Made by a program: the position numbers and the translations under genes. DNA of 64,000 nucleotides, from positions 914,716 to 978,715 of the forward strand of contig OZ245873.1 in NCBI GenBank assembly GCA_965229325.1, given 5' to 3'. Shown here one piece after another: positions 18,089 through 27,646 of the stretch (position 1 is the stretch's first letter; each line of letters starts with the position of its first letter). This DNA is from Kaistia sp. (GTDB lineage Bacteria; Pseudomonadota; Alphaproteobacteria; Rhizobiales; Kaistiaceae). The notes below the pieces were generated by a model that worked only from the letters and a program-made list of their open reading frames with translations, did not search any database and was not told the DNA's origin.

Positions 18089-20188
18089 ATGCCCAAATTG
18101 CAGAACCTGCAAATTGAGACGCCGCCGCGCGAGCAGACGATGGACCTGCCGCTTGGCACGCGCGCCGCCGAGCTGCGACCGGCCAGCTTCAATCCCGACG
18201 ACAACACGATCGAGATCTGCTGGACGACCGGCGCGAAGGTGCAGCGCTATTCCTGGTGGGATGACGAGTCCTATCTGGAGGAGCTGGTTCTCGATGCGGG
18301 AAGCGTGCGCCTCGATCGGCTGAACTCCGGCGCCTCCTTCCTGAACACCCACAATTCCTATGATCTCGACGCGGTGCTCGGCGCCGTCGTGCCGGGTACG
18401 GCTCGCATCGAGGGTGGCGAGGGCCTCGCCCGTATCCAGCTCTCGAAGGCGCCGGGCGACGCCGACATCGTCAGCAAGATCCGCGACGGCGTCATTCGCA
18501 ACATCTCGGTCGGCTACCGGCGGCACAAGATCGTCAAGACCGAGAGCGACGACGGCACGCTGCCGCTCTGGCGCGTCGTCGACTGGGAGCCGGTTGAGAT
18601 TTCGGCTGTCCCCGTTCCGGCCGATGCCGGCGCGCAGGTGCGCAGCCAGCGGCCCGAAGGTGGCCGCCGCCACCCCTGCATCATCGCCCGCAACAAGGAC
18701 GAAGTCCCCGCCGCACCGTCGGCGCACAGAGGAGTGACTGACATGCCGAACGGTGCTGAAACCGCTCAGGTTCCCCCCGCGTCGGAGACGGCCCGCACCC
18801 AGCCGGCTCAGCCGGCCGCTGCGGCCCAGCCCTCGACGCTCGACGCCGCGGCGATCGACGAGGCCGCGCGCAGCGCCGCCACCAACGCGATCACCGCCGA
18901 GCGCATCCGCGTATCCGAGATCTCCGCCCTTGCCGCGCAGTTCGGCGAACGCGCGCTCGCGGATGAGCACGTCGGCAAGCCCACCTCGCTGGAAGAGTTC
19001 CGCAAGCTGCTGACCGACAAGCTCGCCCAGCGGAGCGACGCCGGCGGCCCACGCAACTCCAATGTGCAGGTCGGCATCTCCGACGCCGAGAAGCGCGGCG
19101 CCGCCATCCAGGACGCGCTCCTGCATCGCTATGACCCCGCCCTCGCGCTGTCCCCCGAGGGCCGCGAGTTCCGCGGCATGTCGCTGCTCGAGATGGGCCG
19201 CGACTATCTCGAAGCGCGCGGTATCCGCACCCGCGGCCTGTCGAAGAATGAGCTTGCCGGCGCCATGCTGGCGCGGCGCGTCGACAGCGACGAGATCCTG
19301 GTCCGCGGCGCCGGCGGCATGCTCTCGACCTCGGACTTCCCGAACATTCTCGCCAACGTCGCCAACAAGACGCTGCGCATGGGCTATGACGCCGCGCCGC
19401 AGACGTTCCGTCCGCTCGTCCACGTCGTCACCGTGCCCGACTTCAAGCAGGTCTCGCGCACCCAGCTCGGCGAGGCGCCGCAGCTGGAGAAGGTGAACGA
19501 GCACGGCGAGTTCAAGCGCGGCAAGATGGGCGACGGCGCGGAGAAGTACGCGATCGCGACCTATGGCAAGATCGTCGCGATCACCCGCCAGGTCATCATC
19601 AACGACGACCTCCAGGCGTTCACGCGGATCCCGCGCGCCTTCGGCGTCGCCGCTGCCAACCTCGAGAGCGATCTGGTCTGGGGTATCTTCACCGCCAATG
19701 CGGCGATGAGCGATGGCGTCAACCTGTTCCACGCCACCCACAAGAACCTCGGCACCGGCGCGGCGATCGACGTTGCCTCAGTCGGCAAGGGCCGCGAAGC
19801 CATGCGCAAACAGGTGGGCCTCGACGGCAAGACCCTGCTCAACATCTCGCCGGCTTTCCTGATCGGCCCCACCGCGCTGCAGACGCTGATCGAGCAGTTC
19901 CTGACCTCGATCACGCCGGCCGATATCGCCAAGGTCGTGCCGGAAGGTATGCGCAAGCTGCAGCCGATCACCGAGCCGCGCCTCGATGCCGCCTCGGCTT
20001 CGAACTGGTACATGGCCGCCGACCCGAACCAGATCGACACCATCGAGCTCGCCTATCTCGAGGGGCAGGAGGGCCTCTACACGGAGACCCGCACCGGCTT
20101 CGACGTCGACGGCGTCGAGGTGAAGGTGCGCCAGGACGTCGGCGCCAAGGCGATCGACTGGCGCGGCCTGTTCAAGAACCCGAACTGA
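18089..20188 (+). CDS. Prohead protease / major capsid protein fusion
   Basis: N-terminal HK97-type protease (LNTHN, RNISVGY, WEPVEISAVPVPAD), linker, then capsid (STSDFPNIL, DFK, TYGK, VRQDVGAKAIDWRGLFKN). Confidence 0.92.
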   Translation: MPKLQNLQIETPPREQTMDLPLGTRAAELRPASFNPDDNTIEICWTTGAKVQRYSWWDDESYLEELVLDAGSVRLDRLNSGASFLNTHNSYDLDAVLGAVVPGTARIEGGEGLARIQLSKAPGDADIVSKIRDGVIRNISVGYRRHKIVKTESDDGTLPLWRVVDWEPVEISAVPVPADAGAQVRSQRPEGGRRHPCIIARNKDEVPAAPSAHRGVTDMPNGAETAQVPPASETARTQPAQPAAAAQPSTLDAAAIDEAARSAATNAITAERIRVSEISALAAQFGERALADEHVGKPTSLEEFRKLLTDKLAQRSDAGGPRNSNVQVGISDAEKRGAAIQDALLHRYDPALALSPEGREFRGMSLLEMGRDYLEARGIRTRGLSKNELAGAMLARRVDSDEILVRGAGGMLSTSDFPNILANVANKTLRMGYDAAPQTFRPLVHVVTVPDFKQVSRTQLGEAPQLEKVNEHGEFKRGKMGDGAEKYAIATYGKIVAITRQVIINDDLQAFTRIPRAFGVAAANLESDLVWGIFTANAAMSDGVNLFHATHKNLGTGAAIDVASVGKGREAMRKQVGLDGKTLLNISPAFLIGPTALQTLIEQFLTSITPADIAKVVPEGMRKLQPITEPRLDAASASNWYMAADPNQIDTIELAYLEGQEGLYTETRTGFDVDGVEVKVRQDVGAKAIDWRGLFKNPN

Positions 20189-20263
20189 TCGGCATCGAGC
20201 GCGGCCGAGTCCTGACGGGCCCGGCCGCCCCCTCCTCAACCACTCGCGCAGAAGGCGGACATC

Positions 20264-20593
20264 ATGCAGAACTACAGCAAGTCCGGTGACGTGATCACCG
20301 TTACCGCGCCGGTCGGCGGCGTCGTCTCCGGCGTGCCGGTCCTGATCGGCGCGGCCCTCTTCGGAATCCCCGCGGTCACCGCGGCAGCCGGCGAATCCTT
20401 CGAGCTGCTGCGCAAGGCCCAGGCGCCCCTGCCGAAGGCGGCCGCGCTGGCGATCACCGCCGGCGACCAGCTCTACTGGGACAACACCGCGAAGGTTCTC
20501 AACAAGACGGCCTCCGGCAACACGCTCGTCGCCATCGCGGTGCTCGACGCGCTGGCTGCGGACACCACGGTCGAGGCCGTGCTCCTCCAGTAA
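20264..20593 (+). CDS. DUF2190 family capsid-associated protein
   Basis: MQNYSKSGDVITVTAP.GGVVSG..V.IG, G..LYWDN pattern after capsid. Confidence 0.85.
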   Translation: MQNYSKSGDVITVTAPVGGVVSGVPVLIGAALFGIPAVTAAAGESFELLRKAQAPLPKAAALAITAGDQLYWDNTAKVLNKTASGNTLVAIAVLDALAADTTVEAVLLQ

Positions 20594-20598
20594 GCACG

Positions 20599-20961
20599 AT
20601 GCTGAACTTCGACCGCATGGTGCTGCGGCCGGCCATGGGCGCGTTCGCCCGGCCGGTCGCCTTCCTTCCGAAGGAGGGCACCCCCTATCTTGGCCGCGGC
20701 GACTTTCGTATGCCGACGACGGATATCCAGCTCGATGACGGGTCGCTCACCACGGCGACGCCGACGCTCGGCATTCGCGCGGCGGAGTTCGCGACGCTGC
20801 CGAGGCAGGACGACAAGGTCTATGTCGGGGTTGTTCGCAACCCGTCGAGCCCGGGAGGCTTCGACGTCGTCCCGACCACGCTCCGCTACATCGTGATGGA
20901 TGTCAGACCGGACGGTGAAGGCGACATCAAGCTCGTGCTCGCCGAGGTCTCCAGCCCGTGA
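20599..20961 (+). CDS. Head-tail joining protein (gpFII-like)
   Basis: Position, size, P..DD.V and Y.V.DV.PDGEG...LVL pattern. Confidence 0.65.
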   Translation: MLNFDRMVLRPAMGAFARPVAFLPKEGTPYLGRGDFRMPTTDIQLDDGSLTTATPTLGIRAAEFATLPRQDDKVYVGVVRNPSSPGGFDVVPTTLRYIVMDVRPDGEGDIKLVLAEVSSP

Positions 20962-21500
20962 CCAATTTCGCGAGAGAGATCCGCGACGCGGCGATCGAGC
21001 GGCTGAAGTTGCTCGGTCGCTATGCGCCGCGCGGTAGGCCGGGAACCCCGGCCCGCATCCGACGGACTCCGGTCATGCCGGCGCAGGCCGACGAGGTGCC
21101 GTGCCTGATGGTCTATCTCGGCAACCAGACCATGACGGCGGACGGCGATGCGAATGCCGGCGAGCCGAGCTTCGTCAACGAGGTGCAGCTCGTCATCGCG
21201 TCCATCCTGAACGCCGACGACGCCGACGATCTCGACGACCGGATGGCGGACGCCGGCACGGAGGTCCTCGAAACCCTGCTCGAGGATCCGGACTGGCTCG
21301 CGCTCAGCGAAGGCGTGCCCACCGTCACGCAGCAGAGCCGGTTCGACGACAGCAAGTATCTCGCTGCGATCGTCATGACGACGATCACGGTCACCTATCG
21401 GACGCTCTGGCCGCCGCGCGTCGCCGGCGACTTCCTGGCGATCCGCATGCGCACGCCCGACGGCGGCGGCGCCGACTATCCCGTGAACCCCGAGGCCTGA
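20958..21500 (+). CDS. Tail terminator / completion protein
   Basis: REIRDAAIERLK, P.L.VY, LDDLDD..TEV..TLL.DP; position before sheath. Confidence 0.65.
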   Translation: MTNFAREIRDAAIERLKLLGRYAPRGRPGTPARIRRTPVMPAQADEVPCLMVYLGNQTMTADGDANAGEPSFVNEVQLVIASILNADDADDLDDRMADAGTEVLETLLEDPDWLALSEGVPTVTQQSRFDDSKYLAAIVMTTITVTYRTLWPPRVAGDFLAIRMRTPDGGGADYPVNPEA

Positions 21501-21502
21501 TC

Positions 21503-21682
21503 ATGAAGCTCATTCCTGCCGACCCGGCGGTGCCGCTCTATGGCCCCGCGGGCGAGCGCATCGACCCGTCCGAAGGCGTCGAGACCGACGACGACAACGT
21601 CTTCTGGAATCGTCGCATCCGTGCAGGCGAGGCGGTGCGCGCTCCCGAGAAGCCTGCTGAAGCGGTCGCCAAGAAGGCCTGA
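21503..21682 (+). CDS. DUF2635 (Mu gp38-like) small tail protein
   Basis: 59 aa with FWNRRIRAGE motif just before the sheath. Confidence 0.75.
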   Translation: MKLIPADPAVPLYGPAGERIDPSEGVETDDDNVFWNRRIRAGEAVRAPEKPAEAVAKKA

Positions 21683-21736
21683 GGCCGCGGCGACCAGACA
21701 GATCCCTTTCACGCCTTCATCTGACGGAGCGCGCTC

Positions 21737-23242
21737 ATGCCCATTTCGTTTTCCTCCATTCCGGCCGACTGGCAGCTGCCGCTCTATTACGTCGAAGTCG
21801 ATCCCTCGAAAGCCGGCCAGGCCGTGCTCGATCAGCCGGCGATGCTGATCGGCCAGAAGTTCGCCGCCGGCTCTGCCGTGGCCGACACGCCGATCGCGGT
21901 TGGAAGCCTCGCGCAGGCGCAGGCCTATTTCGGCATCGGCTCGATGCTCGAGCGCATGGTGGCCACCTTCTTCAAGAACAATCAGGCGCAGGAGCTCTGG
22001 TGTCTGCCCCTCGCCGAGCCCGGCGCCGGCGTCGCCGCGAGCGGTTCGATCGCGCTCACCGGCCCGTCGACCGCGGCCGGAACCCTCAGCGTCTATATCG
22101 CCAATCAGCGCGTGCAGATCCCCGTTGCCGCGGCCGCCTCGGCAACCACGATCGGCGCGGCGCTCGCGGCCGCGATCAACGCCATGACCACCCTGCCCGT
22201 CACGGCGGTCAACACGACCGGCACCGTCGCGCTAACCGCGCGCTGGAAGGGCCTCACCGGCAACGACATCCATGTCGGCATCAATCTCGGCGGCGTCGCG
22301 GCCGGCGAGGCAACGCCGGCGGGCGTCGGCGTCGCCATCACCGCGATGGCAAGCGGCACGGCTGCCCCGTCGCTGACCATTGCGACCGCGGCGCTCGGCG
22401 ATGACCCGTACGAGTATGTCGCCTTCCCGTTCACCGACTCGACGTCGCTCAACGCGATCGAGGCCGAGTTCGGCTTCGGCGATGCCGGTCGCTGGGGCTG
22501 GATGCGCCAGCTCTATGGCCATATCTTCTCGGCCGCGCGCGGCACCTATTCCGCGCTGATCACGCTCGGCGCCGCCCGCAACTCCGGCGTCACCAGCATT
22601 CTCGGGATCGAGGTCGCGACGCCGACGCCGATCTGGGAAATCGCCGCCGCCTACACGGCGCAGGCGGCCCGGGCGCTTCTCAACGACCCCGCCCGCCCGC
22701 TGCAGACGCTGCCGCTCCTCGGCGTCAGCGCCGCCGCCAAGGGCTCGCGCTTCTCGATGCTGGAGCGCAACACGCTGACGAAGACCGGCATCGCCGTCAC
22801 GGCGATCCAGGCGGACGGAACCGTGCAGATCAGCCGTGAGGCGACCACCTACCAGACCAACACGCTCGGCACCGCCGATACGGCCTATAATCTGGTGACG
22901 ACGCTCGCGACCCTCGCCCGCCTCTTCCGCAACCAGAAACAGGCGATCACCTCGAAATATGCGCGGCACAAGCTGGCCAACAACGGCACGCGCTTCGGCG
23001 CCGGCCAGGCGATCGTCACGCCGAATGTGATCCGGGCCGAGCTGGTCGCGCAGTATGAGACGGACGAGTTCAACGGCCTGGTCGAGAACGCCGACGCCTT
23101 CGCCTCCAACCTCATCGTCGAGCGCGACAGCAGCAATCCCAACCGGGTCAACGTGCTCTATCCGCCGGATCTGGTGAACCAGCTGCGCATGTTCGCCGTG
23201 CTGGCGCAGTTCCGCCTCCAGTACACCGCCGCCGCGGCCTGA
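21737..23242 (+). CDS. Contractile tail sheath (Mu gpL-like)
   Basis: MPISFSSIPADWQLPLYYVEVD, FGIGSML, RWGWMRQLYGH, PARPLQTL, NPNRVNVLYPPDLVNQLRMFA. Confidence 0.95.
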   Translation: MPISFSSIPADWQLPLYYVEVDPSKAGQAVLDQPAMLIGQKFAAGSAVADTPIAVGSLAQAQAYFGIGSMLERMVATFFKNNQAQELWCLPLAEPGAGVAASGSIALTGPSTAAGTLSVYIANQRVQIPVAAAASATTIGAALAAAINAMTTLPVTAVNTTGTVALTARWKGLTGNDIHVGINLGGVAAGEATPAGVGVAITAMASGTAAPSLTIATAALGDDPYEYVAFPFTDSTSLNAIEAEFGFGDAGRWGWMRQLYGHIFSAARGTYSALITLGAARNSGVTSILGIEVATPTPIWEIAAAYTAQAARALLNDPARPLQTLPLLGVSAAAKGSRFSMLERNTLTKTGIAVTAIQADGTVQISREATTYQTNTLGTADTAYNLVTTLATLARLFRNQKQAITSKYARHKLANNGTRFGAGQAIVTPNVIRAELVAQYETDEFNGLVENADAFASNLIVERDSSNPNRVNVLYPPDLVNQLRMFAVLAQFRLQYTAAAA

Positions 23243-23288
23243 GCCGCAGCCGCCCGCCCTTTCACACCCATCTGAAGAGGAGACCTCC

Positions 23289-23654
23289 ATGGTCCAGAAA
23301 GCCCGTGGCGGTATCGCCTATCTGAAGGCGGATGGTCGCCAGTATGACCTTCGCGGCAACTTCACGGTCTCGCCGGATATGACGGAGCGTGAAGGCATCG
23401 CGGGGCAGGACGGCGTGCATGGCTTCCTCGAGCGGCCGCGCGTGCCCTTCATCTCGGGCGACATCACCGACAGCGCCGGCCTCTCCCTCGCCGATCTTCG
23501 CGCCATCACCGATGCCACGGTGACGGCCGAACTCGCGACGGGAAAGGTCTATGTGCTCCGCGGCGCCTGGACCTCGGACGCCCACGAGATCAACACCGGC
23601 GACGGCCAGATCAGCGTCAAGTTCGAAGGGCTCAGCTGCCGCGAGCTGATGTAG
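23289..23654 (+). CDS. Tail tube protein (Mu gpM-like)
   Basis: GIAYLKADGRQYDLRG, REGIAGQDGVHGFLERP, TVTAELATGKVYVLRGAW. Confidence 0.9.
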   Translation: MVQKARGGIAYLKADGRQYDLRGNFTVSPDMTEREGIAGQDGVHGFLERPRVPFISGDITDSAGLSLADLRAITDATVTAELATGKVYVLRGAWTSDAHEINTGDGQISVKFEGLSCRELM

Positions 23655-23706
23655 CCGGACCGCTCGGACCACCGATCTCATTTCGCGCCCAGCAAGAGCA
23701 CCCCTC

Positions 23707-24045
23707 ATGACCGAAGCAGCCCCTCCTTCCGACGGCAAGATCCGCGTGCCCCTGTCGAAGCCGATCGAGGCCCATGGCGAGAGCCTCGCTGCGCTCGCCT
23801 TCCGCGAGCCGAACGGCGGCGACATCGCGCGCTGCGGCAATCCGGTGAAGTTCAACCTCGCCGCGGCGGATCCGGAGCCGAGCTTCGACGAGGCCAAGAT
23901 GACGGCGATGATGGCGGCGCTCGCCGGCGTACCGCCCTCCTCGATCGCTCTGATGACCTCGCGCGACTGGATGACCTGCGCCTGGGTGCTCGCCGATTTT
24001 TTCGCGCCGGACCTGACGACGCTGTCGAGGTCTGCTGCCGGCTAG
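23707..24045 (+). CDS. Tail assembly chaperone (Mu gp41-like)
   Basis: LSKPIEAHGE....L.FREPNGGD; ends near a slippery site. Confidence 0.85.
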   Translation: MTEAAPPSDGKIRVPLSKPIEAHGESLAALAFREPNGGDIARCGNPVKFNLAAADPEPSFDEAKMTAMMAALAGVPPSSIALMTSRDWMTCAWVLADFFAPDLTTLSRSAAG

Positions 24046-24164
24046 CCCGTTTCTACCATTGCGCGCCGAACGCCTTCTTCGCCGAGCCGCTGAGCGTCAT
24101 CACTGTGATTTCCGCCAAGACCGTCGAGCTGATGGAAGAGGAGGCGTCGAACCATGAGCGATGA
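23997..24164 (+). other. Programmed -1 frameshift (T TTT TTC) and extension frame of the chaperone
   Basis: Heptamer at 23997-24003; -1 frame is open (FRAGPDDAVEVCCRLARFYHCAPNAFFAEPLSV...HER*) to TGA at 24162-24164. Confidence 0.8.
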
Positions 24165-26496
24165 ACGCCTCCGCCTTATCGCCGAAATGCGCGACCGGCT
24201 CTCGCCGCAGCTGCGCAGGCTGAAGGCGGTGATGGAATCGACCGGCCGGGTTCAGGCCTTCCGCCGTCTCGCCGCCGAGATGGGCGTCGCCGAGCGGGCA
24301 GGCTACCGGCTCGGCTTCATGCTCGGCCGCACTGTTCGCTATGGCGCCATCGCCGCGGCCGGTGGCGCCGTCGTCGCCGGCGCCGCCTTCGTCAAATTCG
24401 GCAGGCAGTCGGCCGACGCGCTCGACGACCAGGCCGCCTTTGCCAAGCAGATCAACTTCTCGGCCGACAGCCTGCGCACGCTCGAGGGCGTCGCGAAGCG
24501 TTACAATGTCAGCCAGGAGGGTCTCCGCGGCGGACTGCAGAAGTTCACGACGCAGTTCGGGCGGCTGAAACAGGGCCAGGGTGGCTTCTACACCTACCTG
24601 AAGAAGACCAATCCTGCGCTCGCCGAGCAGTTCAGGCATGTCGCCACCAGCGAGCAGGCCTTCGTCCTGCTCTCGGATGCAATTGCCAAGACGTCCGATC
24701 CCGCCAAGCGGGCAGCTCTCGCCAAGGCCGCCGGCGTCGGCCAGGAGTTCCTGCGCTTCTTCGCCGATGGTCCCGAGGACCTCCGCAAGACGATCAAGGA
24801 AGTGATCCGCTTCCAGGGCCGTCTCGGTCCGAAGGCATTCCGCGATGCTGCCGACTATGGCGACGCCATGGACAATATCGGCCTCGCCTGGCAGGGCCTT
24901 CGTGACGAGCTGACCGCCTCGGCCCTTCCGGTCGTGACACCCCTCCTCAGCGATCTTGCGGACTTCATGGCCGACAACCGCGAGGGCATCGCCTCCGGCT
25001 TCCGCGAGATCGCCGCCGATGCCGGGACCGGGCTTCGAGCACTCGGCGCCTGGGCGGCGACGCTGAAGAAGGACGATATCGCCGCGTTCTGGGACGAGAT
25101 GAAGCAGGGCGGCTCGGCTGTGGCCGAGGTCGCTGGCTCGGTGCGTGACCTCGCCGTGGCGATCAAGGATCTCGGCGGTTGGAAGGCGGTCATCGGCGCC
25201 ATCGTCGCCTACAAGATGGTCGGCGGAGTGCCCGGTCTGTTCAACATGACGCGCGGAGTTCCACCGGGGCCGGCCGGCCCGGGCTCCTCGTCAGGCGGTG
25301 GGCTTGCCGGCTTCCTGGGGATGTTGGGTCCGTTCGCGCCGATGCTCGCTTTGGGCGGTGCTGCTTTCCTAGGATCCCTATGGGCGACGAAGGACATTCC
25401 CCGCAATGTTCAGATCGACCCCGCTACTGGCCTGCCTTGGAATGCTCCGCCGGGCTACCTCCCGCCTGGGAGCAACCAGTCTATCGAGGACCGCGCCACG
25501 CGCGCCGGGGCCGATGCTGCGGGGCGGGCGGAGGCGGCCCTTTCGGTGAGCGATCTCAAGAAGCGCGCCGACGACCTCGACGGGCTCGCCAAGCGTATGG
25601 ACGCCGAGCTCAAGCAGTGGGTCGCTGCGGGCCAGGACAAGAGCGATCCGACCGGCTTCGCCGAGTTCACGCGGCGCCGGTTCGACATCGCGCAGCAGCT
25701 CGTCGCCGTGCAGCGACGCATCGCGCGGATCCTCGCCAGCGAGGCCGACAAAATCGGCACCAAGATCGGCGAGACGGCGGCCGGCGCGATGCTCCAGCGG
25801 ATGATGTTCGCCTTCGGCGGGTCGCGCAGTGGCGGCGGTTCCGGTGGCGCCCGCCTGTGGAATGCGAGCTACCAGCCCTCCGGCGGCGGCCTCTCCGGGC
25901 CGCGGGCCAATGGCGTCGGCCAGTCCTTCAGCGGCATGGGGATGCTCGATCTCATCGCCGCGGCCGAGGGCACCGGCAAGAACTACAACGAGACGCTCGG
26001 CTATGGCCGCTTCACCGGCGGCAAGGTCAACCTGACCGGGATGACGCTCGACCAGATCGATGCGCTTCAGAGCCGGATGCTGCGCCACCCCGGCAACAGC
26101 TTCAACTCCTCGGCGCTCGGCCGTTACCAGTTCACGCGGACGCGGCTCCGCAATCTTCGCAAGCGCTATGGCATCTCTGGCTCGGCGCTGTTCGATTCCA
26201 ATCTGCAGGATCAACTCGGCAAGCTGTCGCTCGCCGAGCGCGGCGGCACGATGCGGTCGCTGCGCAACGAATGGGAAGGGCTCCGTCGCGTCCCCGACAG
26301 CGCGCTGAAGGATGCCATGCAGCGGCATCGCCGCAAGAAGCGGGAGGAGCGGCAGAAGGTCGAGGGCTCCGCCTCGGTCGACATCCGCTTTCCGAACGGC
26401 GTTCCGGCCGGGACGCGGGTCGGCAGCAAGGTCGCCGGCCTCTTCAAGGCGGTCAATCTCGACACCGGCCGCAGCATGAAAGAAGCGATGGCATGA
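24154..26496 (+). CDS. Tape measure protein with C-terminal lysozyme-like domain
   Basis: Ala/Gly helical repeats; C-terminal LDLIAAAEG..NYN...SSALGRYQF...QDQLG...NEWEGL (lambda-R/GH104-like). Confidence 0.88.
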   Translation: MSDERLRLIAEMRDRLSPQLRRLKAVMESTGRVQAFRRLAAEMGVAERAGYRLGFMLGRTVRYGAIAAAGGAVVAGAAFVKFGRQSADALDDQAAFAKQINFSADSLRTLEGVAKRYNVSQEGLRGGLQKFTTQFGRLKQGQGGFYTYLKKTNPALAEQFRHVATSEQAFVLLSDAIAKTSDPAKRAALAKAAGVGQEFLRFFADGPEDLRKTIKEVIRFQGRLGPKAFRDAADYGDAMDNIGLAWQGLRDELTASALPVVTPLLSDLADFMADNREGIASGFREIAADAGTGLRALGAWAATLKKDDIAAFWDEMKQGGSAVAEVAGSVRDLAVAIKDLGGWKAVIGAIVAYKMVGGVPGLFNMTRGVPPGPAGPGSSSGGGLAGFLGMLGPFAPMLALGGAAFLGSLWATKDIPRNVQIDPATGLPWNAPPGYLPPGSNQSIEDRATRAGADAAGRAEAALSVSDLKKRADDLDGLAKRMDAELKQWVAAGQDKSDPTGFAEFTRRRFDIAQQLVAVQRRIARILASEADKIGTKIGETAAGAMLQRMMFAFGGSRSGGGSGGARLWNASYQPSGGGLSGPRANGVGQSFSGMGMLDLIAAAEGTGKNYNETLGYGRFTGGKVNLTGMTLDQIDALQSRMLRHPGNSFNSSALGRYQFTRTRLRNLRKRYGISGSALFDSNLQDQLGKLSLAERGGTMRSLRNEWEGLRRVPDSALKDAMQRHRRKKREERQKVEGSASVDIRFPNGVPAGTRVGSKVAGLFKAVNLDTGRSMKEAMA

Positions 26497-26981
26497 GCTG
26501 GCGCGCGCGCCTCAGGCCTGCCTTCTTCCGCGCGGTGCCGTTCCATGTCGATGAGAACGAGATCGAAGGCGGCCGCCGCGCCGTGCCGCACGAATATCCG
26601 AAGCGGAATGTCGGTTACACCGAGGACATGGGCCGCCGCATGCGGGCCTATCGCGTCCGCGCCTATCTCATCGGCGACAATTTCGACATCGTCGGCCGGC
26701 TGCTCATGGCTGCCCTCGAGGCGGACGGCGCCGGACTGCTCGTGCTGCCGCTGGTGGGCGAAGACACCGTCATCGCCGTCAACTTCGCCTATGCGGAAAC
26801 GCGCGAGGAAGGCGGCTATGCCACCGTCGACATGGACTTCCTGGAGGCTGGACAGCCCGTCGCTGCCGCCGCCGGAACCGACACCGTCGCCGCGGTCAGC
26901 AGTGCCGCCGACACGGCCAAGGCGAGCGTCGCCGACAGCCCGATGGCCGGCATCGCACCCTCCGGGATCGGAAGCCAATGA
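26493..26981 (+). CDS. DNA circularization protein N-terminal domain (Mu gpN-like, part 1)
   Basis: MSWRARLRPAFFRAVPFHV..EGGRR...HEYPKR..GYTEDMGR. Confidence 0.85.
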   Translation: MSWRARLRPAFFRAVPFHVDENEIEGGRRAVPHEYPKRNVGYTEDMGRRMRAYRVRAYLIGDNFDIVGRLLMAALEADGAGLLVLPLVGEDTVIAVNFAYAETREEGGYATVDMDFLEAGQPVAAAAGTDTVAAVSSAADTAKASVADSPMAGIAPSGIGSQ

Positions 26982-27646
26982 GCACGCGCGATCTCGCCGA
27001 AGCGATCGATCTCGCGACGGAGCTTTCCGATCTCCTGCTGGTGCGTGGTGGTCCACGCGGCCAGCCGGCGTCCGATCTCCGCCGGGCCGTCACGCGCTTT
27101 CAGGCGAACCTCGAGACGGGCTTTCGCCGCCGGACGCTCGGCGCATCGATCGCCGGGCTGTTCGACGCGGCGATCGCCGCCGGCGTCTCGGCCTCCAGCT
27201 TTCGCGCGCTGCGCGACGCCGCGACGGCGGCCGGCACGCTTGGGTCGCTGGCGGCCTGGACGCGGCGCTCGTTTCGTCGGCAGGCGCTGATCGCCGAGGC
27301 GCGGCGGCTCGCCTCGGTCGTCTTCACCGATCGCGACGCAGTCGAAGCAGCGCGGGCGGGTCTGATCACCGGGTTCGATGCGCTGATCGAGGATGCATCT
27401 GACGTGCAAGAATTCATCGTGGTGCAGGATCTCACCTCGCTGTTCGCGGCGATCCAGCGCCACCTCGCGACCACGGCGATGCCGCTGCCGCGCCTCGTCG
27501 CCTATGAGACGGCCGCGTCGCTGCCTTCCCTGGCGCTGGCGCATCGCCTTTACTCCGATGCCGGCCGCCGGCAGGAGATCGAACGCGGTAACCGGGTCAC
27601 GCATCCGCTCTTCATGCCACGCGTCGGGAAGGCCCTGGCGTCATGA
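26978..27646 (+). CDS. Mu gpN-like C-terminal part (part 2)
   Basis: C-terminal LPSLALAHRLYSDAGRRQEIERGNRVTHPLFMP motif; ATGA-coupled to part 1. Confidence 0.75.
   Translation: MSTRDLAEAIDLATELSDLLLVRGGPRGQPASDLRRAVTRFQANLETGFRRRTLGASIAGLFDAAIAAGVSASSFRALRDAATAAGTLGSLAAWTRRSFRRQALIAEARRLASVVFTDRDAVEAARAGLITGFDALIEDASDVQEFIVVQDLTSLFAAIQRHLATTAMPLPRLVAYETAASLPSLALAHRLYSDAGRRQEIERGNRVTHPLFMPRVGKALAS

Noticed and set aside
25179-26492. Long upstream extension of the 600-aa ORF
   Set aside because: Overlaps the tape measure in another frame; the real gene starts at 26493
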